DNA of 52,044 bases from a virus. Lineage: Duplodnaviria > Caudoviricetes. The DNA lies in the IMG/VR virus record IMGVR_UViG_3300028835_000313, positions 1-52,044 of that record; one strand, 5' to 3'. Under the pieces are notes generated by a model. The model saw nothing but the letters and a program-made list of their open reading frames with translations. It ran no database searches and had not been told where the DNA came from. The position numbers were made by a program, and so were the translations under genes. Every line of letters starts with the position of its first letter. Positions within the stretch are counted from its first letter, which is position 1. Of the stretch, positions 47,983 to 52,044 are shown one piece after another.

Positions 47983-48580
47983 ATTCGACATAAAACAAAA
48001 TTCGGATGAGTGGTTTGCTTTAAAAGTTGGTAAATTCAGTGCTTCAACTTGCGCAGAGCTTTTGATGAATAAAAAAACAAAAGGCTACACAGGATTAATC
48101 GATCGAATAGTTGAGGAAAGAATGACCGGGAACCCAACCGAAAGTAAAACATTTAAAGGTAATCAATTTACTGAACGAGGTCATGAATTAGAGCCGGTAG
48201 CCAGGGATGATTACGAAATGCGAACATTCCGGGATATTGCTATAATTGGCGTTATTGAATTGGATGATTGGGTTCTTTGCTCTCCAGATGGATTGATAGG
48301 AGAAGATGGATTGTGGCAAGCTAAATGCCCTATATTCAATACTCAGAAAAGTTATTTGAAAAGCCAGAAAGTACCTACAAACTATTACAAGCAAATGCAA
48401 TTTGAATTGTTTGTTTCTGGCCGTGAGTATAATGTGTTTAACTCTTATCATCCATATTTACCAGCGGTTGATATTGTTGTTAAACGCGATGAGGAAATGA
48501 TAACTATAATCCAGCAACGGATAAAAGAAGCAAAGAAAGAAATTTTGAATGAAATCAAATTACTTAAAAGTTTTGCGTAA
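47969..48580 (+). CDS. YqaJ/lambda-exonuclease-family recombination nuclease
   Basis: QNSDEWFALKVGKFSAS, RGHELEP.AR, SPDGL, QAKCP, YYKQMQF. Confidence 0.9.
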   Translation: MPQYRFDIKQNSDEWFALKVGKFSASTCAELLMNKKTKGYTGLIDRIVEERMTGNPTESKTFKGNQFTERGHELEPVARDDYEMRTFRDIAIIGVIELDDWVLCSPDGLIGEDGLWQAKCPIFNTQKSYLKSQKVPTNYYKQMQFELFVSGREYNVFNSYHPYLPAVDIVVKRDEEMITIIQQRIKEAKKEILNEIKLLKSFA

Positions 48581-48603
48581 CCAAATTAAAAGTGCTACTT
48601 TTG
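48572..48603 (+). promoter_or_regulatory. Bacteroidota promoter (TTTG-N20-TACTTTTG)
   Basis: Exact consensus. Confidence 0.65.
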
Positions 48604-48604
48604 C

Positions 48605-48717
48605 TATATGATGTTTCAGTTAAGAATAAATAATGTATTTTCATTTCTTTCTCTAACAGAGGTTAGGGCTGGAACATCATATATAAACCCGTTCAGATTA
48701 ATTTCTGGATGGGTTTT
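48605..48717 (+). ncRNA. Promoter-hairpin-terminator unit 2 (candidate sRNA or attenuator)
   Basis: TATATGATGTTTCAG...CTGGAACATCATATA stem, then AAACCCGTTCAGA/TCTGGATGGGTTT. Confidence 0.5.
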
Positions 48718-48933
48718 GTTATATAGCGGTGTTCAGATGGCTCTACCGTTCCGAAAGGATAAAAAAAGTGGCGTAATGAAATTTAACTGGAGAAATTGCA
48801 TACCCAAAAAATCCAGTTCTCGTAAAAGTGTAGTTGATTGTATTAAAGCTACCACCTTACAATTAGGTGCAAGGGGCGAAACTATCGAGTAATTACAGGT
48901 TTATTCAGTTAAACATCAATTGCATAGGATGTA

Positions 48934-48961
48934 TGCAAGGGTATAAAGAAAAAGATATGTC
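48934..48961 (+). repeat. 28-bp dispersed repeat, copy 2
   Basis: 27/28 identical to 44055-44082. Confidence 0.9.
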
Positions 48962-49078
48962 TATGACTAGTTTAAACAACATGCTATACAGCATACAGAA
49001 TAATTTTTCTATTTAAAGATAGTGAAGTAAATTGCGTTGACGAAAAGAATAACAATTAAATTATAAATTACAAGTGCG

Positions 49079-49459
49079 ATGGAAAAATGGGAATATAAAT
49101 ATATATGGATTGAAAAAGAAAAAGAAGATGAATGGATAGATATTGTAAATGAATTAGGCAATGATGGGTGGCAATGCGTTCAGGTTTTTATGGCTCAGCG
49201 CACGAATGGTAGACATCGAATTTTATCAAAAAGAAGAGTTGTTGTGCGAGGGTATAAAACCGAATCTAGTGATAGCAACTGCAATTTAGCTGGTGTTAAT
49301 GGTAGTCTTTCTATAGATTATCTTGTTAATGTGCTAAAAAGAACGCTAACAGGAAACGATGAAGTAAGAGTCGAATTTGATAATAAAGAAGACAATATCA
49401 ATTACGTACTTGATATATGTAATAATTTCAAAAAGGAATTAGAAAAAGATTGCAAATAA
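49079..49459 (+). CDS. DUF4177-like N-module fused to an unrelated C-module
   Basis: KWEYKYI...NELGNDGW; GTT junction at 49295. Confidence 0.65.
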   Translation: MEKWEYKYIWIEKEKEDEWIDIVNELGNDGWQCVQVFMAQRTNGRHRILSKRRVVVRGYKTESSDSNCNLAGVNGSLSIDYLVNVLKRTLTGNDEVRVEFDNKEDNINYVLDICNNFKKELEKDCK

Positions 49460-49553
49460 CAACCCGTCTAAACGGAGTTTATATTTGACGAATAGATTTT
49501 ATTCTTAAAGCGAAGCGTGAGATTCTTAATTATTATTTTAAAATTATAAAAAG

Positions 49554-49916
49554 ATGAAAAAAGAAAAAGTATTAGAAATTATAGAAAAACTTGAAGCTCT
49601 AAAATTAGAGCATGAATTACCAAATGGCAACACAGGAGATTACAATGTTGGTTATGTAAAAGCTATTTGCACAGCTATGCATTTAGTTAAAAATTGCACA
49701 ACAGAATGGACACCAATAACTAAATTACCAGAGCGCAGGGGGTATTATGAATGCTATTTTCCAGACTCAAAGGCTTATGAAGAACACCATTCCGAAAGAT
49801 GGTTTAATGGGAAGTGTTTTAAAGCTGGAAGTATATGGACTTTTGGTTCTGATAAAAGCGGTAAAGATATAAGCAAATATATAAGTCATTGGATTGAAAT
49901 TGGAAGACCTGATTAA
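49554..49916 (+). CDS. Hypothetical protein with DUF551-like C-terminus
   Basis: WTPITKLPE...ISHW. Confidence 0.6.
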   Translation: MKKEKVLEIIEKLEALKLEHELPNGNTGDYNVGYVKAICTAMHLVKNCTTEWTPITKLPERRGYYECYFPDSKAYEEHHSERWFNGKCFKAGSIWTFGSDKSGKDISKYISHWIEIGRPD

Positions 49917-50107
49917 ATAAAATGGCACGATACAAACTAACAAAGAATACTTACAAGCGACAATCAGCAATAGATATTCAACGTGTAGATGATCGTTTGC
50001 GATTATTTAATATATTTGTATTGCAGTCGAGTCTAATTAACTCGTTCAATGAGGTTACACATTCCTGCTGCATTACTTCTAATAATGTGTATAAAAATGT
50101 AAATATT

Positions 50108-50668
50108 ATGCAAGAAAAAGAAATTTGGAAAGATATCGAAGGCTACAAGGAGTATTATCAAGTAAGCGATCATGGGAACGTTAAGAGATTAGCGAGATTT
50201 AGTAGTAATAATCATTTTCTAAAAGAACGAATATTAAAACCGCATAATAACTATGGATATTTGCGTGTCGGATTACACAAAAACCATAATAAGAAACTCT
50301 TTCTTGTGCATAGATTAGTATTAATCGCATTTAAGAAAAACCCATACAATAAGACACAATGCAATCATATCGATGGCATTAAATCTAATAATTATATAGA
50401 CAATTTAGAATGGAGTACATGTGCTGAAAATAATCAACATGCTTATGATACTGGATTAAATAAAGGATCTAGATTTGGTAAATTCGGAAAAGACAATCCA
50501 AATAGTAAACCACTATTTCAAATAAATAAATTCAATAACGAAATTATTAAGGAGTGGGATTCGGTGATAGATGTAGAAAGAAAATTGGGTTATCATAGTG
50601 GATGCATAGCTAGTGCGTGTAGGGGTGAATACAAAACTGCCTCGGGTTTTAAATGGCGATATAAATAA
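50108..50668 (+). CDS. NUMOD4-HNH-NUMOD1 homing endonuclease
   Basis: EIWKDIEGYKEYYQVSDHGNVK, VHRLV, NHIDGIKSNN...NLEW, ACRG...GFKW; likely ATG 50108, with the frame open from 49922. Confidence 0.9.
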   Translation: MQEKEIWKDIEGYKEYYQVSDHGNVKRLARFSSNNHFLKERILKPHNNYGYLRVGLHKNHNKKLFLVHRLVLIAFKKNPYNKTQCNHIDGIKSNNYIDNLEWSTCAENNQHAYDTGLNKGSRFGKFGKDNPNSKPLFQINKFNNEIIKEWDSVIDVERKLGYHSGCIASACRGEYKTASGFKWRYK

Positions 50669-50672
50669 CGAC

Positions 50673-51158
50673 ATGGCAAGGTACAATCTTAAAAAGAATA
50701 CATATAAAAGACAATCGGCAATAGAGTATTTTAAACGATTGCTGGATCAGGAGTCTACAATTGAATTAAAGAGGGTGACTCAAAAACGATCATATCTTCA
50801 GAACGCTTTATATTGGGTTTGGTTGACTTGTATTGAAAAAGAAACCGGTAACCCAAAAGAACAAATGCACTTATTATATCGTGCTAACTTACTGCCTAAA
50901 TCAAATGAGCAAATAATAAAGATAATTATTCCTTCGCTTTGGGAAAAAGTGAAAATAAGAATAAACAGTTATCAATATTTTGAAGGGCTTGAAGATATTA
51001 TAAATATTATTTCTAAACATACTCCAGATAATGATTCTAAAGAAATGACTTACTACCTGGAGGCTATAAAAGATCATGCAAAAATGAACATGGATATAAT
51101 TCTACTTACGAAAGATGAAAAATACTTTGAAGATTTTATAAACGAATATCAAAGCTGA
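50673..51158 (+). CDS. NinB/Orf-like recombination protein
   Basis: KRSYLQNALYW motif; EMTYYLE.I C-terminus. Confidence 0.65.
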   Translation: MARYNLKKNTYKRQSAIEYFKRLLDQESTIELKRVTQKRSYLQNALYWVWLTCIEKETGNPKEQMHLLYRANLLPKSNEQIIKIIIPSLWEKVKIRINSYQYFEGLEDIINIISKHTPDNDSKEMTYYLEAIKDHAKMNMDIILLTKDEKYFEDFINEYQS

Positions 51159-51221
51159 ATTAAACGGATTACAATCAATTAATAAACATTTAGATTAATT
51201 ATTAACACTAAAACAACTTAT

Positions 51222-51791
51222 ATGAAATTCAATTTAAAATTACACCAGTGTTGCGATCATGACTTTCTACGACCTGCAATGAATCACATTATTTTTAAAA
51301 ATAATAAAATTGTTGCATCTGATGGACATATTTTAATCGCTGTTGATATGGATGATTTACCTTTTCGTGGAAAAGAAAAAGAAATATTAGAAGGAAAGTC
51401 AATTCATCACAAAGGCTTCAGTAAAATATGGAACAAAGACGTTAAAATCACCGAAGAAGGATTAATGTGTGAATCTGAACATATTTTAGTCCCTTGGTCA
51501 AAGGAAGATTTTACATATCCTAAGTGGGAGAAAATAATTCCAGATCTAAATAAGGTCAAACCAATAAAATCAATTGGTATTAGTTCCAAATTATTAAATA
51601 TTTTGGCACATTGTTTCCCATGTGATCCTTATCATAGAGGATTATTTGAATTGTATATTACTGATGTAACAAATGCAGTAGTAGTGTTTAATAAACCTGC
51701 TGAATTAAAAACATTTGCAATCATAATGCCAATAATGCAAACTGAAAATTTCAATCCTGTATTAAACAAGAAAACAATGAGATTTATTTAG
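51222..51791 (+). CDS. DNA polymerase III beta-clamp-like protein
   Basis: RPAMNHI...VASDGHIL...YPKWEKIIP...IIMPI. Confidence 0.65.
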   Translation: MKFNLKLHQCCDHDFLRPAMNHIIFKNNKIVASDGHILIAVDMDDLPFRGKEKEILEGKSIHHKGFSKIWNKDVKITEEGLMCESEHILVPWSKEDFTYPKWEKIIPDLNKVKPIKSIGISSKLLNILAHCFPCDPYHRGLFELYITDVTNAVVVFNKPAELKTFAIIMPIMQTENFNPVLNKKTMRFI

Positions 51792-51871
51792 CTCTACCTT
51801 GTTGGTGGTACAATACCGGAGTTCGAACTTGTCTCCGGTGGGCTACAAATTAAACTTTAAAAATTAGAAAG

Positions 51872-52044
51872 ATGAATAATTTACAATCATTATCACATGT
51901 AAGGGACATACTAGATGTTTTTGACCAAAGGTATTACAACCTAAAAGAAGCATTATTGGCTCACAAAGGTGATACTTCTTACTTAGAAAAGAAATATCGC
52001 TATGCAGCAACCGAAGTAATATTAGCACTGAATGAATCAATTAC
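51872..52044 (+). CDS. 5' part of DnaA C-terminal-domain-like protein (continues across the circular junction to 523)
   Basis: ATG at 51872 (MNNLQSLSHVRDILD...) is in frame with ORF 56..523. Confidence 0.75.
   Translation, partial: MNNLQSLSHVRDILDVFDQRYYNLKEALLAHKGDTSYLEKKYRYAATEVILALNESI
51901..52044. repeat. Terminal direct repeat, copy 2
   Basis: Identical to 1-144. Confidence 0.97.

Noticed and set aside
48608-48892. 94-aa ORF
   Set aside because: Overlaps strong hairpins and a terminator-like stem, starts at the predicted +1, and has unnatural composition; likely non-coding
49922-50107. Group I intron or genuine N-terminus of the HNH protein
   Set aside because: No intron core recognised; the host gene start is duplicated downstream, so splicing is not needed
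51789-51845. tRNA (contains GTTCGAA)
   Set aside because: Too short, with no cloverleaf or anticodon arm
1-52044. Alternative genetic code
   Set aside because: Core genes are intact under code 11, and TAA, TAG and TGA all act as stops

Overview
Apparently complete, circularly assembled ~51.9-kb AT-rich tailed-phage genome: bases 1-144 are repeated exactly at 51901-52044. Many TAnnTTTG promoters suggest a Bacteroidota host. The + strand arm (43.1 kb -> end -> 12.3 kb) carries early, recombination and replication genes: YqaJ exonuclease, NinB-like, clamp-like, DnaA-C-like, RusA-like, DNA methyltransferase, antirepressor, SF2 helicase, initiator and NUMOD4-HNH endonucleases. The - strand arm (42.8 -> 12.3 kb) carries accessory lipoproteins, terminases, portal, protease, HK97-type capsid, siphovirus tail and lysis genes. 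I saw no integrase, reverse transcriptase, CRISPR array or tRNA. The most striking unexplained structure is in three accessory regions (0.8-1.1, 10.4-11.9, 45.9-49.5 kb). They are built from alternating modules bounded by imperfect inverted repeats that meet at AAC...GTT cores, like integron attC sites. The GTT core usually falls in frame inside an ORF, so N- and C-terminal protein halves look interchangeable. The repeats are seen directly; a hairpin-guided domain-shuffling cassette system is inference. Family assignments come from motif recognition, not database searches.
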